The translations under genes were made by a program, and so were the position numbers. From contig NC_043005.1 of NCBI RefSeq assembly GCF_006345805.1, positions 46,004,001-46,068,000 on the forward strand: DNA of 64,000 bases, written 5' to 3'. This document shows, in pieces, positions 1 to 13,100 of this stretch. The notes beneath the pieces are model-generated. The model made no database searches. It saw only the letters and a program-made list of their open reading frames with translations, and was not told where the DNA came from. This DNA comes from Octopus sinensis (taxonomy: Eukaryota). Position 1 is the first letter of the stretch; each line of letters starts with the position of its first letter.

Positions 1-43
1 TTTTGACTATATAAAGCGTAACTCAAAAAATTTTTTTCCTTAT

Positions 44-235
44 TAAGAGTGGTGAGGTGGCAGAAATGTTAGTATTGTAAAAACAAAAATGCCTCTCGGT
101 ATTTCTTCTGGCCTTTACGTTCTGAGTTCCCGGTCCTATCAAGATCGATAAAATCAAGTACCAGTCAAGCACTAAAGGTTGATGAAATCGACTAACCCAC
201 ACCTTCTAAAATAACTGACACTAAACCAAACATTT
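44..235 (+). mobile_element. SINE family A (A2 tail), degenerate
   Basis: Head gagtggtgaggtggcagaaatgttag, B-box-like ctgagttc, then gatcgataaaatcaagtaccag. Similar to the better copies at 361 and 58020. Ends approximate. Confidence 0.7.
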
Positions 236-247
236 GAAACCACCACC

Positions 248-294
<47 letters not shown>

Positions 295-299
295 TATTA

Positions 300-359
<60 letters not shown>
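236..359. repeat. Compound trinucleotide microsatellite (ACC)n-(ATC)n-(ATT)n
   Basis: Read directly from the sequence; accounts for the poly-I/M/V ORF 172..501. Confidence 0.95.
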
Positions 360-360
<1 letters not shown>

Positions 361-600
361 AGGCGGCAAGCTGGCAGAATTGTTAGCACGCCGGGCGGAA
401 TGCTTAACGGCATTTCGCCCGTCTTCACGTTCTGAGTTCAAATTCTGCAGGGGTCGACTTTGCCATTCATTGGGTCGATAAATTAAGTAACAGTGAAACA
501 CTGGGGTCGATGTAATCGACTAGTCCACTCCCCCAAAATTTCAAAGCTTTGTGCCTTCAGTAGAAAGTACTACTACTACTACTACTACTACTATTACTAC
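361..600 (+). mobile_element. SINE family A2 with (TAC)n tail
   Basis: aggcggcaagctggcagaattgttagcacgccggg...ctgagttcaaattc...gtcgactttgcc...cactggggtcgatgtaatcgact...cccccaaaatttc...gtgcc, followed by (tac)n. Confidence 0.9.
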
Positions 601-1884
601 TTTGCCACGCCTCAACAGGACGGTTGCAAGTTTTCACTTTGCAACTATTTCAGCTATAATCTAGAAGAGCTATATTACAGAAGAGAACTAGTGTCTGGTT
701 CACTCACATTTTGTCGCAAATTACAAAACACGTTGAAACTGAACGACAGATCATTTCGCCGTATTTTATTTTCCGCCAGTTTCTCATACCAGATATCTTA
801 TTTTCTCTTCTCGTCTTTTTGAAACCTCGGTGATATTTGACTCTCAGAAGAATTTTAATTCACGACTAATATCTGCACCTTACTTCCAGCAATACATTTT
901 ACTCAAATTTTGGTTTATTAATTTTGTAAATGGAACGTTTTTTTAATATATATCTGCCAGAAAATTATACATTTTCTGCTTATCCTACCGTCTCAATGAC
1001 ACATTACACAATGAAATCGCTGATATAAAAAAGTATTGAGGTGGGGGGGGGCATATCTGGGATGTCTATGATATATCTGCTCAAATACGACCAATTTGGT
1101 GTTAAACTACGGAAACAACGATTCTTTAATAGACAATAATATTTTCGCAATTTTCTAATAACGAATGAAACAACTGTTAGAATATCGAGAAAGCTCGGAT
1201 GACATTGGAACTCAAAAGAAGTAAAGAAAGAACGGTTTGAAAGAATCAACAGACAAATTTCTGCTGAGAAACGCTCGGTTCCCTTAACAAAAAGTTGTTT
1301 CTAATTCTTTATTATAACAGCGACCTCCAAAACTATACAAACAAATTCTCCACAGTAAAGAAAACAGCAGTATGAAAAATAACAGATGTGAGCGAGATTT
1401 AAGTTTATATTTGATACCGCAGCGGCAGCAGCATGTGATGATTAAGCAGAAGGAAAAATAAATAAATGCACGTGAAATAAAAAAAATTTATCTAGACACG
1501 CGAAGTAATTGTCAAATAGTCTATATTTACTTCACCTATTTTGCACCAGTCAAGAAACTAGTTATTGTGTCAAGGGTCATTATATATATATAATTTACGT
1601 CGTTTATTCTATCTGGCTTCCGAAATACTTTTTATATAAAAGTACTATTTCTGAGATTTGGGGGGAAAATAAACAAAACATCAGCTACGTTCGGTAAACA
1701 TCGATGTTTTCCGCGATCGATGACAGATATGGTCGATTTTCATCGGATAATGAAGTGAGAAAGACCCTAAAAGACTTAGAAAATAGGACATTAGACTTCA
1801 GCTTCTTCTCAAAGAGTAGTGGGCGGAAGTGAATAGTCCTTCAAGATTTCGAATGTTATGTAAACAACATCTTCGTCAAAGATG

Positions 1885-2105
1885 TTATATGTAACACACA
1901 CACACATATATAACACACACACACATATATATATGTATATATACATATATATATACATATATTTATTATATATATATATATTATATATATATATATGTAT
2001 GTATATATATGTATATACATATATTTATATAGATATACATATTTATTTATATATATATATCATATATGTATATATATACATATATATATACATATACATA
2101 TATAT

Positions 2106-2153
<48 letters not shown>

Positions 2154-2350
2154 TAATATATATGTAGATATATATATTATATATATATATGTATATATAT
2201 GTGTGTGTATATATATGTGTGTGTGTGTATATATATGTGTGTGTATATATATATGCATATATATCTATATATCTATATATATGTGTATATATGTGTGTAT
2301 ATATATATACATATGTGTATATATATATACATATGTGTATATATATATAT
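1885..2350. repeat. (TA)n/(TG)n/(CA)n microsatellite field
   Basis: Read directly. Similar fields lie at 3275-3690 and 3960-4150. Confidence 0.95.
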
Positions 2351-3272
2351 TGACCTTGCACAGAGGTCATCAGGATTCCCGTTTGCGCCGTGAACAGGGA
2401 TTAATCTTCTCTCTTCGCTGTTTTGCGCCACATGGGCTCAACTGTCCTCCCCTCTTCATCTAAGCTCCTCCCCTTGCCTCTCTCCCCCTCTCTCCTACTT
2501 CCTCCCACCCACCTTTCCTTCTTGCCCCGACTCCTACTTCTCTTCACTCCTACTTCTCTTCACCCCTACTCTCTTTCTCTCTTACTCTTTTCTCTCATAC
2601 CCACCATCCCCTTCCCCTTCGTCGTTAACCCTCCCCATAAGCTCACCCAAACCCTACATATTCCTATCCCACCTTTCCTATCCTTCCCATCCCATCCCTT
2701 ACACCCTCTCCCACATACACCACCTCTACCCCACCCTCTACCTACCCACACACCCCATCTCTACCCCACCCTCTGCCTACCCACACACCTCAACTCTACC
2801 CCAACCCTCAGCCTAACGCAAACCCCACCTGTGCTTTCCCCACCTCCCTACACCATCACACCACACTACACCATACCACACAACACACCAGCAATGACCA
2901 ATTCCCATCCCCACATTTTCACACCTACACATACACACACGCACACGTCAAGATCACCAGCCCTCTTTCACACGTACATACATACACTCTTACACACACA
3001 CGCACCTTCGTTTTGGGATCACTACTACTTTGTTATCTTTCCTATTTCTTAGCCCTCCCGTGTGACCCTTCTGTCCATGATAGATCGGAAACCACTACAC
3101 ACATTTTTCTATCTCCTTATTTCTCCCCTTGTTTCTTTCTGTGTTCCTTTCCGTGGAAGAGCGTAGGCTCGAAACGTTAAAGACTTTTTCAATTCCCGAG
3201 CGTTATATTAATACATCTGTATGTTTTCTACACCATCTGTCTTCGTCTTTTGTTTTTTTTCGTGAATTCTCC
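2350..3272 (+). mobile_element. 5'-truncated Penelope-like element: GIY-YIG C-terminus, CT/CA-rich tail, terminal hammerhead-like motif
   Basis: 2350-2463 encodes [22 protein letters not shown], resembling the R..E..LIF.L..L.P.GLN end of PLE endonucleases. A pyrimidine-rich tract follows, then GGAAGAGCGTAGGCTCGAAACGTT at ~3155-3178. Confidence 0.6.
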
Positions 3273-3277
3273 ATATG

Positions 3278-3356
<79 letters not shown>

Positions 3357-3379
3357 TTATATATATAGATATATATATA

Positions 3380-3413
<34 letters not shown>

Positions 3414-3575
3414 CTTTATATATATATATACATATATATACATATATATACTTGCGTATATACATATATATATATACATGCGTATATAAATATAGATATA
3501 TATACATATATACATATATATATATATATAAACATATATACATATATATATATACACATATGTACATATATATAT

Positions 3576-3632
<57 letters not shown>

Positions 3633-3976
3633 ATATATATACATGTATATGCATATAAATATAGACATACATATGTATATACATATATAGGATGTAAATA
3701 GAAAAATAAGTTCATATAATCTAGACCTGAAGATTGGCAATATAATCGTTTTAATATGGTATTAATATTTCAAGACCTTCTATTTCAATAATATCGAGAA
3801 ATTTGTTGTCATGAAACGCGCGCAGTCTATATAATGTAAAGTGTATGATTTAGAATAAGAATTGATAATTTTTATAATTTTGATATTTAGTCCTATCGTG
3901 GATAATGACGTTCAATGATGATTGAGTTGCTTGAAGGTGATTGTGTCTCTTAAATCTATCTATACACACACACACA

Positions 3977-4040
<64 letters not shown>

Positions 4041-4044
4041 TATA

Positions 4045-4089
<45 letters not shown>

Positions 4090-4150
4090 TATGTATACAT
4101 ATGTTTATATAGGTATATATACATATGCTCATATATGTATATATATATAT

Positions 4151-5179
4151 ATATATCAAATAAAATCAAAAACAGAACACAAAGGATATCGCGGTACACG
4201 TGTTTCAAGCTTTATAAACGACCTGTTATAAACTTATAAAAGCTAGGATCTTGTAGTGGCGGATTGGTGTAAACTGACCACTCATTACAACAATATCAAA
4301 TATCATCCTCGAAATTAAGAAGTGATTTCTGACCTTTACCACCACATCAAAACCAAAATCTTATTCTCAACTCTTTTAGCATCTTGTCTCTTTATCTCAA
4401 TTCTTTCGTTTTATTATTATTTTATATTTTTTATATTTCTTTATATTTTTTATTTTTTATATCTTTTAATATTTTTTGTTACTCTTATTTGACTAACTTT
4501 TTATATTTATATGTGGTTCTAACATTATTATCCTTATTTCAATTTTTACTATTTTTTACTATTTTTTACTATTTCTTACTACTATTTTATTACCCTTATC
4601 TTTTACTTCCATTGTCCTCATTCCTTATTTCTCATTTTAACGTTTTTCTCTCTCTATTTTCTCCTCTTCCTTTTTTCTCTCTTTTTTCTCTTATTTTTTC
4701 TCTCTATTTTTTCTATCTATTTTTCTCTCCATCTTCTCTCTATTTTATTTTCTTCCCTTTTCCTCTTCCTTCTTCCTTATTTTTCTTCCATTCTTTCTAT
4801 TTTCCTTCCTATATTTACAAGAAGAATGAACCCATTCAAATCTATTTAACAATCACTCTATGTTAACTGGTGCTACAGTATGGACAGATTTTCGAGATCC
4901 AATGAACCTTTATACAGTTACGTTATTTTACAAATACACTTCCTCAAGGAGATATGATATACCTATTATAATGGGTAATACTACATGTACTTTTCATATT
5001 TTTCATATTTTTTACAGTGTCATGTAACTCTTTGGAATAACAATGTATGTGGCTGAAGAGTGCTTTAAACCATCTTTTATATCTATTATACACTGATGTA
5101 AGAACAGGTCGTTTATACAGCTTGAAACACGTGTACCGCGATATCCTTTGTGTTCTGTTTTTGATTTTATTTGATATAT
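4151..5179. repeat. 77-bp inverted repeat pair (1 mismatch) flanking ~875 bp
   Basis: 4151-4227 is the reverse complement of 5103-5179 (atatatcaaataaaatc...aagct[t/g]tataaacgacctgtt). Confidence 0.9.
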
Positions 5180-5409
5180 TCTCTCTCACCTCTGCCACTA
5201 TCTGGGGTATACAGGTGTTTACACTTATCAAGTATTCACCCTAAATTTGCAGTACCTACTATATATATATATATATATATGTTTCTCTTTGTGTTCGACG
5301 TCCTTTTGGTGTCCTGTACTCATATATGCGTGTATATGTACATGTAGAGGTAGGTACGTACATATATGTTTATATATATGCATGTTTTATTTTATATATA
5401 ACGGGAAGC

Positions 5410-5610
5410 TTTATGAAAATAAACAAAAGACGAAGGCAGGTGGAAAACAAACGAACAATTGTATTAGTATGGCGCTCAGGAAATATAAATAAAACAAGTC
5501 TTTAACGTTTCGAGCCTACGCTCTTCAACAGAAAGATACACAGAGAGAGAAAAACACAGAAAGAAGGAGAGAAAAAAAATGCGTGCAGTAGCTAACGAAT
5601 CAACAAGAGG
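5410..5610 (-). mobile_element. Second copy of the Penelope-like terminal repeat seen at 3100-3272
   Basis: Reverse complement reads ctttctgTTGAAGAGCGTAGGCTCGAAACGTTAAAGAC...cctgagcgccatactaatac...cttcgtcttttg, co-linear with 3140-3260. Confidence 0.75.
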
Positions 5611-5648
5611 AATGAAAAAGATATTTTGTTTTACTATTATACTGTTAC

Positions 5649-5696
<48 letters not shown>

Positions 5697-5719
5697 AGCA
5701 TATTACATATACACATATT

Positions 5720-5880
5720 TTGTCCGTCTTTATGTTCAGAGTTCAAATTTTCCCGAGGTCGACTTCACTTTTATCTTCTCGGTGTCGATAGAATAAGTAC
5801 AAATTGCTCCTTGGAGTCGTTGTTATCGACTTGCCCACTCCCCCCAAAATTTCATAGATTGTGCCTATAACAAAGGATTA
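5720..5880 (+). mobile_element. SINE A2, 5'-truncated and degenerate
   Basis: gagttcaaatt...gaggtcgact...cccccaaaatttc...gtgcctata. Confidence 0.75.
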
Positions 5881-6114
5881 CAAAAAAAAAAAAAATCTTT
5901 ATTTCTGAAATCCAGTTTCGATTTATTGTTAGTAATTCCTTCACTGAAATATACTCTCAGAAATACCTTTAGCAAATGTATTTACCTACATCTTTTTATA
6001 CACATTTTCTTGCCATAGAAATTTTACTTGGCATGTCTAAATTTAAAAAAACAAAACAAAAACAAAAACTATAACTATTTTTAGTTCGTTTGTCTTATCT
6101 GTTATCTTTCATCA

Positions 6115-6478
6115 CTAACTGTTTCCGTCCTTGGGCTGCGGCCATGATGCAGCACCATCATTGAATGAATCGACTCCTGTACTTTTTATTTTTTCTAAGC
6201 TGGGTACTGGTTCTCTCCAGTCTATTTGCCGAACCACTAAGTTACGGATATGTAAACAAACCAGCATCGGTTGTCAAATGTGTGTGTGGTGGCGGGGGAC
6301 AAACACAAACCTAATGACACAAACACGCACACGACAGGTATATTTAATTAATTTTCTGTCTACCAAATCCACTAACAGAGCTCTGAAAAACACTTGCCCC
6401 AAATGCCACACGGAGGGACTGAACCCGAAACCATGAAATTGAGAAAATCAATTTCTTACCACACAGCCATACCTGCGA
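6115..6478 (-). mobile_element. SINE family B (bipartite, CORE-like)
   Basis: Reverse complement of the consensus seen at 58304: tRNA-like head, ttgggcaagtgt core-like motif, internal microsatellite, cagtcaaatgactg tail. Confidence 0.8.
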
Positions 6479-6871
6479 GTAGAAAACAAAAACATCTTTT
6501 AAAAAAACAAAAAAAACTCCAGCTTTTATTGAATTGAATTTGTTTTATTATTTTGTAATAGAATCCAATGAAATTTTATTGCTTCAATATCGAAATAGAA
6601 AAAAAAAAAATTACATTTGAATGAACCGTATTTTTGTTTTTAGTTGTGTCACAACGGGTGACTTTTAATTCTATTGTCATAGACGCTTGCCAAAAAAATA
6701 ATAAATAAATAAATAAATAACAACAATGAATTTTTTTCAAAAATATCTGAATATCTTTCTTTGTGTACTGTCTGTCAGTCAGATACTACGGTTTGTCTTA
6801 AAGTCATTTCTTCCCTCTTTCTCCTTAGTGCTAGTGATGGTTTTTGATTGTTGTGGAGATAACCTCTTTCT

Positions 6872-6908
<37 letters not shown>

Positions 6909-7176
6909 TCTCTCTCTGTCTCTTTGAATAATAAATACACTCAGGCTGCCTCAAATATACACTTGTTCTCTCCTTCCTTCCTTCTCGCTAACGTCATCGT
7001 CATCATCATTCTCTTCCTCCCGCCTAAGCACACACACACATCTATATTTATCTTTGTAATTCTTTTTTCTCTCATTAAAAACACGCACTCATGATATTCA
7101 AAGCTCTTGTGCACAACATCTACGCACTTTCCTCTCATTTCTTTTTTATTTTCCTCTCCTCCTTTCCTATCTCTCC

Positions 7177-7208
<32 letters not shown>

Positions 7209-7754
7209 TTCACAGGCTCACACACGCACACTATATATATATATATAATATATATATATATATATAACCGAAGAGATGGCGTTGTGGATTCCCACTTCGG
7301 AGTTTTATCTTGACTATCGAGTAATGTAACATATTATTTTATAGATAAATTTCCTCTATTTACATAATATTGAGGTCTCTTTCTTTCTTTTGTTATCTTA
7401 CCGTTTTACCAATATATATATATATATATATAATTTATACATAAACATACGTACACACATACACAGAGGGTGTGATATCTTTGTAACGCCATTGTTCACA
7501 AATCTGAAACGACAAGAAATTTTAAAGTAAACAACAAAATACAAATAGATAAATAAACAACAAATTACTTTGATGACTCTCAAAGCTAAAACAATGGTCA
7601 AATATCTACATTTATGTTTGTGTGTGTGTGTGTGTGTGTGTGCGTAGAGTACATACATACATAGATACACTCGTGCGTGCGGACATACAGAACTTTGTAT
7701 CTTAGAAATTGACTCCTCTCCCAGAAGAATTTAAATAATTAAAACCCGGGGAAA

Positions 7755-7919
7755 ACATACATACATACATACACCCGTGCGCACATACATACATATTTAC
7801 ATATATGCACACACACACATACATTCAAACACACTTCAATCCATCCTCCATCCATTCATACATACATATATACATACATACATTCATCCATCCATACATA
7901 CATACATACATACATACAT

Positions 7920-7950
<31 letters not shown>

Positions 7951-8025
7951 TACATACATACATATGTACATACATACATACATACATACATACACACACA
8001 CACATACATACATACATATGTACAG
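7755..8025. repeat. (CATA)n/(CA)n microsatellite
   Basis: Read directly from the sequence. Confidence 0.95.
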
Positions 8026-8687
8026 TAGAGAGAAAGAATCAACATAACAACATTTTTTTTCTTTTTTCTTTTTTCTTGTTTTTTTTTTCTTTTTTGTTAA
8101 AACTAACGATGCCACGCTCAGGGCATTGACACGTGACACATACAACCAGAGATGAAACAGGGCTTTTTGGGGGGAACTAAGAGTACGTAAAGGTCTATAT
8201 GTCGGAGGTTAGGAAGAAGAGGGTAGACGTACTAAGCTCCCCCTCCCTTCCGTTATCTGAAAAAGTAGGGGAACATTGTCTTCCTGCGTAGCAACCTCAT
8301 TTCGTTCACTGTTTACATTATTATTTGCTATAAATAAACTCCAAGAAACTGGGATTGTATGCTTCTCTTTTTCGACTTGTTTCAGTCATTGGACTGCGGC
8401 CATGCTGGGGCACCGTCATGAAGGGGTTTTAGTCGAACGAATCGATTTCAGTGCTTGTTTGTTTGTTTGTTTGTTTTTGTTACCTGGTACTTATTCCATA
8501 GGTTCTCTTACCGGACCGCTATGTTGTGGTGACGTAAACAAACCGATACCGGATGTGAAGCTGTGGTGGAGGACAAACAACACAAACACACACACACACA
8601 CACACACTCAAACATATGTGCGCGTGCGGTGTGTTTGTGTATGTGCGCGTGCGGTGTGTGTATGTGTGTGTGTGTAGATGCGCGTGC

Positions 8688-8730
<43 letters not shown>

Positions 8731-9897
8731 TGTGTGTGTGTGTGTGTGTGTGATATGAGAGCAGTGGAATCGAACTTCCTCATACATCAAATGGGCTAAC
8801 TGCTGGGACAAAGGCACATGCAGGAGTGATGATGTGAAAAAATTCCAGCCTGAGGAAAGCAGCAAAACCACGATTGTGCTCCAGCATGACCGCAGTTACA
8901 TGGTTGAAACAAACAAAAGAATAAAAGAATACATGTACACATAATACTGTAGTAGAATCGATCGATTATGGTATAAGCAGTTGGCAAGATTCTAGCATAA
9001 ACAAGACATATTTAGAAAGCTGATTAGCCAATTCATCAGATATACTTCGTACAATATCGGAATTAGGTAGAAAATTATGTACTATAAGATGACAAATGTT
9101 ATATACACTTCCAGTTCGAAAGCAGCAAATGCTGCTTGTTATGCAATAACTAAGTCTGTAAATGAAGAGAATGGAAGAAGTAGTTAAGTACTACACCTGT
9201 TTCATTAGGGGCACTGGGTGTATATTATGCAACATTATGTTACATGGCTATCAAGTGTCCTTTCTGATCGGAGACATTTGGCTATCTTATTGGAAATTAT
9301 TTGCCATAAGGAATTAAGCAAAGCAAAAAATGGGATCAGTAAAGAGCCAATCACGTGCCCTACTTACAGATTACCACAGAGAGATAGATTGGAGTGTAGT
9401 TTCAAGGAGATCATTTGGTTATCTATACAATCAAATTTATGGTGCGGCCATAGAAGGTTCTAATTTGATTAATGTTTTCAGTATCTGGTTTTACTGTTCC
9501 TCATGCATCATGGGATGTTTATTACTAAGGAAATATAATGTATGCAATAAAACTAAGAGGAGGCGGGAGGAAGGAGTAAAAGTACTAAATAAAGTCACGC
9601 TTGGAAATGACGTGCATATACACACGTCCACACATACATAAATATATGCAAATGCATATACATATATACATACACACTCATACACATACATACACACATA
9701 CATAACGCATGTACACATATACAGAGATATATAAAAAGTTAAATAAGATTCGAGTAAAAGCCTTGTATTACGCTATGCAAAGCTCGTCCACACTTATTGG
9801 CTATCTGATGTTATCATACAGTGGAAATGCTCTTAGTACAGGATATACATCAAGAATTACATAGTATCCGCAGAGCTTATGTAAATAGATTTCCTGG

Positions 9898-10224
9898 GAC
9901 CCCCTTCGGTCATGACACTGACCATGGGCTTGCACCTAGAAAGTTACCCTCCTAGCCACAAGTCTGGGCAAGGTGGTTTATGGAAGACCAGCAGTCGCCC
10001 ATGCATACCGGCCTCCCCTCTCCACGCCACCAGTGTTATCCAAGGGAAAGGCGCCGATACAGCTTGGCACCTGTGACGTCGCAACTCATTTCTACAGCTA
10101 AGTGAACTGGAGCAACGTGAAATAAAGTGTCTTGCTCAAGAACGCAACACGCAGCCCGGTCCGGTATTCGAGCTCACAACCTCACGATTGTAAGCTCGAC
10201 GCTCTAACCACTGAGCCATGTGCC
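9898..10224 (-). mobile_element. SINE family D (tRNA head, CORE-like domain, specific tail)
   Basis: Reverse complement begins GGCACATGGCTCAGTGGTTAGAGCGTCGAGC (A box), then GAGCTCGAATACC (B box) and ttcttgagcaagacac. Other copies at 35229, 44119, 51157 and a partial one at 36400. Confidence 0.9.
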
Positions 10225-10825
10225 TTTACTACAAAGTAAATAGATAAATAGTAGAAAATTGATTGAACGACGTTCTTTATTTTAAATAATTAAAATTGTT
10301 CCAACACGTTTTCACATTCGCAACATACTGCTGAAATGATATCATTAATATAGATATACTTGCTACACACGCATATACTCACAAAAATATACACACATAC
10401 ATACATACACACTTCGATGTAAATATTTACAAAGGAATGTATCAGAACATATGCTAGTATAAAATTATATTCTTGAATACTTCCGTAAGTATACACGAAC
10501 GTACGCTAAAGGATCATTGAATGTAATGGCAGAAAACATTAAGCCATAAAAAAACCCCCCCGAAATGTTACGAGTTAACAAAGTTAAATTGTTACAGAGC
10601 ATAAGTATATACACACAAAAAAGACATACCTCTGCATATATGTACGTGTAACGATCGTTTGAAGTATAGCAAGAAAAAACAGGAAAGCATATCATATATT
10701 GTATGGATTAAGGTAAAACGGGAAACAAGTCTTATGCAACGATGAACCATGTGTGAAAAGAAAGAAAAATTATGAAGATACACTCACCTACATGGGCACA
10801 TAAATATGTGAAGATTAAAGATATA

Positions 10826-11223
10826 TCTTCATATATAAAAGTGAAGTTGTGTGTCTGTCTCCTACGATTTAGATTCCTAACTACTCCCACATTTTGCGGT
10901 GCAGTTTAACCAAAACCGGGTATCTTATAGTCGTCATTCATATCGAGCCCTTCTGGGTATTAGCGCGCGTCTACGATGAGTCTACGATTAAAAAAAAATT
11001 TACCATCATTTTTTTCCATTTTAATGCATTTTTTTCGCTATAATATAAGGGAAGTAACTCTCTAAAAATGTCTACGATGAGTCAACGATTTAAAAAAAAA
11101 TTACCATAATTTTTTTTCCATTTTTAATGCATTTTTCTGCTACTTTTTTGGCTATAACTCTCTAAAAATGCTTATATAGTTATTTCCCTTACAAACCCAA
11201 GCAACGCCGGGCGATACTGCTAG
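10826..11223 (+). mobile_element. Non-autonomous Helitron (~398 bp)
   Basis: 5' A|TCTTCATATATAAAAGTG and 3' CCCAAGCAACGCCGGGCGATACTG-CTAG|T. Inserted between A and T with no TSD. Internal ~100-bp tandem duplication at 10970-11170. Confidence 0.8.
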
Positions 11224-11504
11224 TAAATTAATAAGAAATAACATGACTCTGTAGAATGAGAAAGTAACTGACAAAAAAAAGCGATCAGGAACGAAATATA
11301 TGGGAAAGTAACTATGTTTAACCACCGCGTAGTAGTAACATAGAAAGGTAATGTAGATTCGAATGGTTCGTATGCACGTTAATAAAACTAGGTGAGGAGT
11401 CTACTAGGAAAAATATTGTTGCACTAAATAACGCTAAATAGATATAGTAATATCCTAGAGGTGAGAGAAAATGAAGTACCTTAAGAAAGTATCATTTACT
11501 ACAA

Positions 11505-13100
11505 ATTAACAGGGATTAACTAGTATTTTCGAATGGAAATTAGGGTTTGTAACGGACGAAGGTATTGCGTAAACAGTGTTTGCACTTAGTTATTAGTTCA
11601 TCAAACCTCTTGATTATGCTATTTTTGCTGTTCTTATTTGTCATAATATCTTCAACGCGTAGTGAACATTTATGGTTACATTCGTTGAAGTGTTTTGCAC
11701 GTTGAATGACTGGCCATTTAATATCCTAGTCTACCAAATCCTTCTTTAATTTCCAAATTATTTTAGATAAATATGTGCTACTTGCCTTAGCTTCGGACCT
11801 AAATGCTTTATTGTGATTATGTAACCGTGACTTTAAGTCATTGAAAGAAGTACGTATGTAAATACATTTAGTCTGATTTGTAGAAACTACATATTGATTG
11901 ATAATGCTGTTTAATACACACAGACAGGAAGATGCGCATTAATAATTACACAATCTATTTTCGCGTCCATGCCTTGTGTGACTCAAGTCGTTGTGTTCAT
12001 CGCCGTCACTGCCTTCATTAAAAACACTGCCAGTCCTATCACCGACAGAGTTGGCAGTGTCGATGTGGTTGTGGAGTTAGTACTAGTGATATTGTGTTCA
12101 TTAAGAGAGCTATCGTGTGCAGGATTTGAACCATAATCACGCCCGTTTTGTTATACGGAATGCGAATTGCGCCATGTATTAACATTCAGAATGTCGATTA
12201 CCTCTCCGATTTGACCAGGATGATTTGGGTTGTATTATATCCCTTGAGGTCTGGAGTATTGTGCATGGCTTAACGTTAGCAGGATCGTCTTATCGTTTAT
12301 TATTAATCTTACGTATAGCGTCACAGCTATGTTAGAGATAGTAGAGTATGATAGTTTTACGGAGTGGGGATTAAAAATCTTCCTCTACCTGCTAGATGTA
12401 GGCAAAGTGCTTCTCTGAAGCAGTAAAAAAACAATTTCAGTAATCTAATCTGGATATTCAGGGCGGAAGGTGGATGGAACCAACTTATCTTCCTTTGTCC
12501 TCCGGCACTCCTCCTCACCCTATAAAAAGCACTGGATTTAGGGTTTCGAGTGGTAGATCTAGGAACATCCCTAATTACTAATGGTTCGGGCATGAACCTA
12601 TTAACTGATAAGTTAACAGGTTCATATTGAGCCTAATAAGTTAATGGGCTCAACAACAGGTATAATACCATGAGAGTTAAAGTGGAGGCTTTTCTTAGAT
12701 TTATAACATAGAATTTAACAGGTGAGTTTATGAAGATTAAAATGGGTATAAGTGGCCTTTTAGCTGATACGGCCGAGGAGGAGCTAGCTTATTTCGTGCT
12801 AGATGGAGATGGCGAGGACCGGGTTCCGTGACCAATGATGCAGTCAGCGGGGTAGAACAGTAGTTGTTATCCCGTGTGAAATGGCCAGGATTATCCCGAA
12901 TGAATATATACTTTATTTTTACAAAGCGCATCGCTGTAGTCGTCTGTGTACTGGTCAAAAAGGTCTGCACTAGCTAGTAGTGAAGTGATTCTATGTGACA
13001 CGAGATCGACGCTCGTATTGAAGACAGAACGAGGTTGATTGGATTGAAAGTTAAATTTTGAGTAACAGGTGAAAAGGGTCTTATTCTAATCTAAAAGGTA
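11505..13100 (-). mobile_element. Degenerate Penelope-like element (RT C-terminal region, linker, GIY-YIG endonuclease)
   Basis: Minus-strand translation gives RKISWFHPPS, KIFNPHSVKLSYSTISNI, CN..SSC..LNSIINQY and IYIRTSFNDLKSRLHNHNKAF..STYLSKIIWKLK..IKWPVIQRAK..NKCSL..KRFDELITKCKH, matching PLE motifs. Stops and frameshifts are present. The upstream boundary is uncertain. Confidence 0.8.

Noticed and set aside
1815-1835. GGGCGGAAGTG Sp1/ETS-like promoter motif
   Set aside because: It is an isolated motif with no CpG island or downstream exon.
1882-4208. Many YI/IY-, HT- and CV-rich ORFs (also 7777-8871, 23713, 24716, 44356, 62791)
   Set aside because: They are translations of (TA)n, (CA)n and (CATA)n microsatellites.
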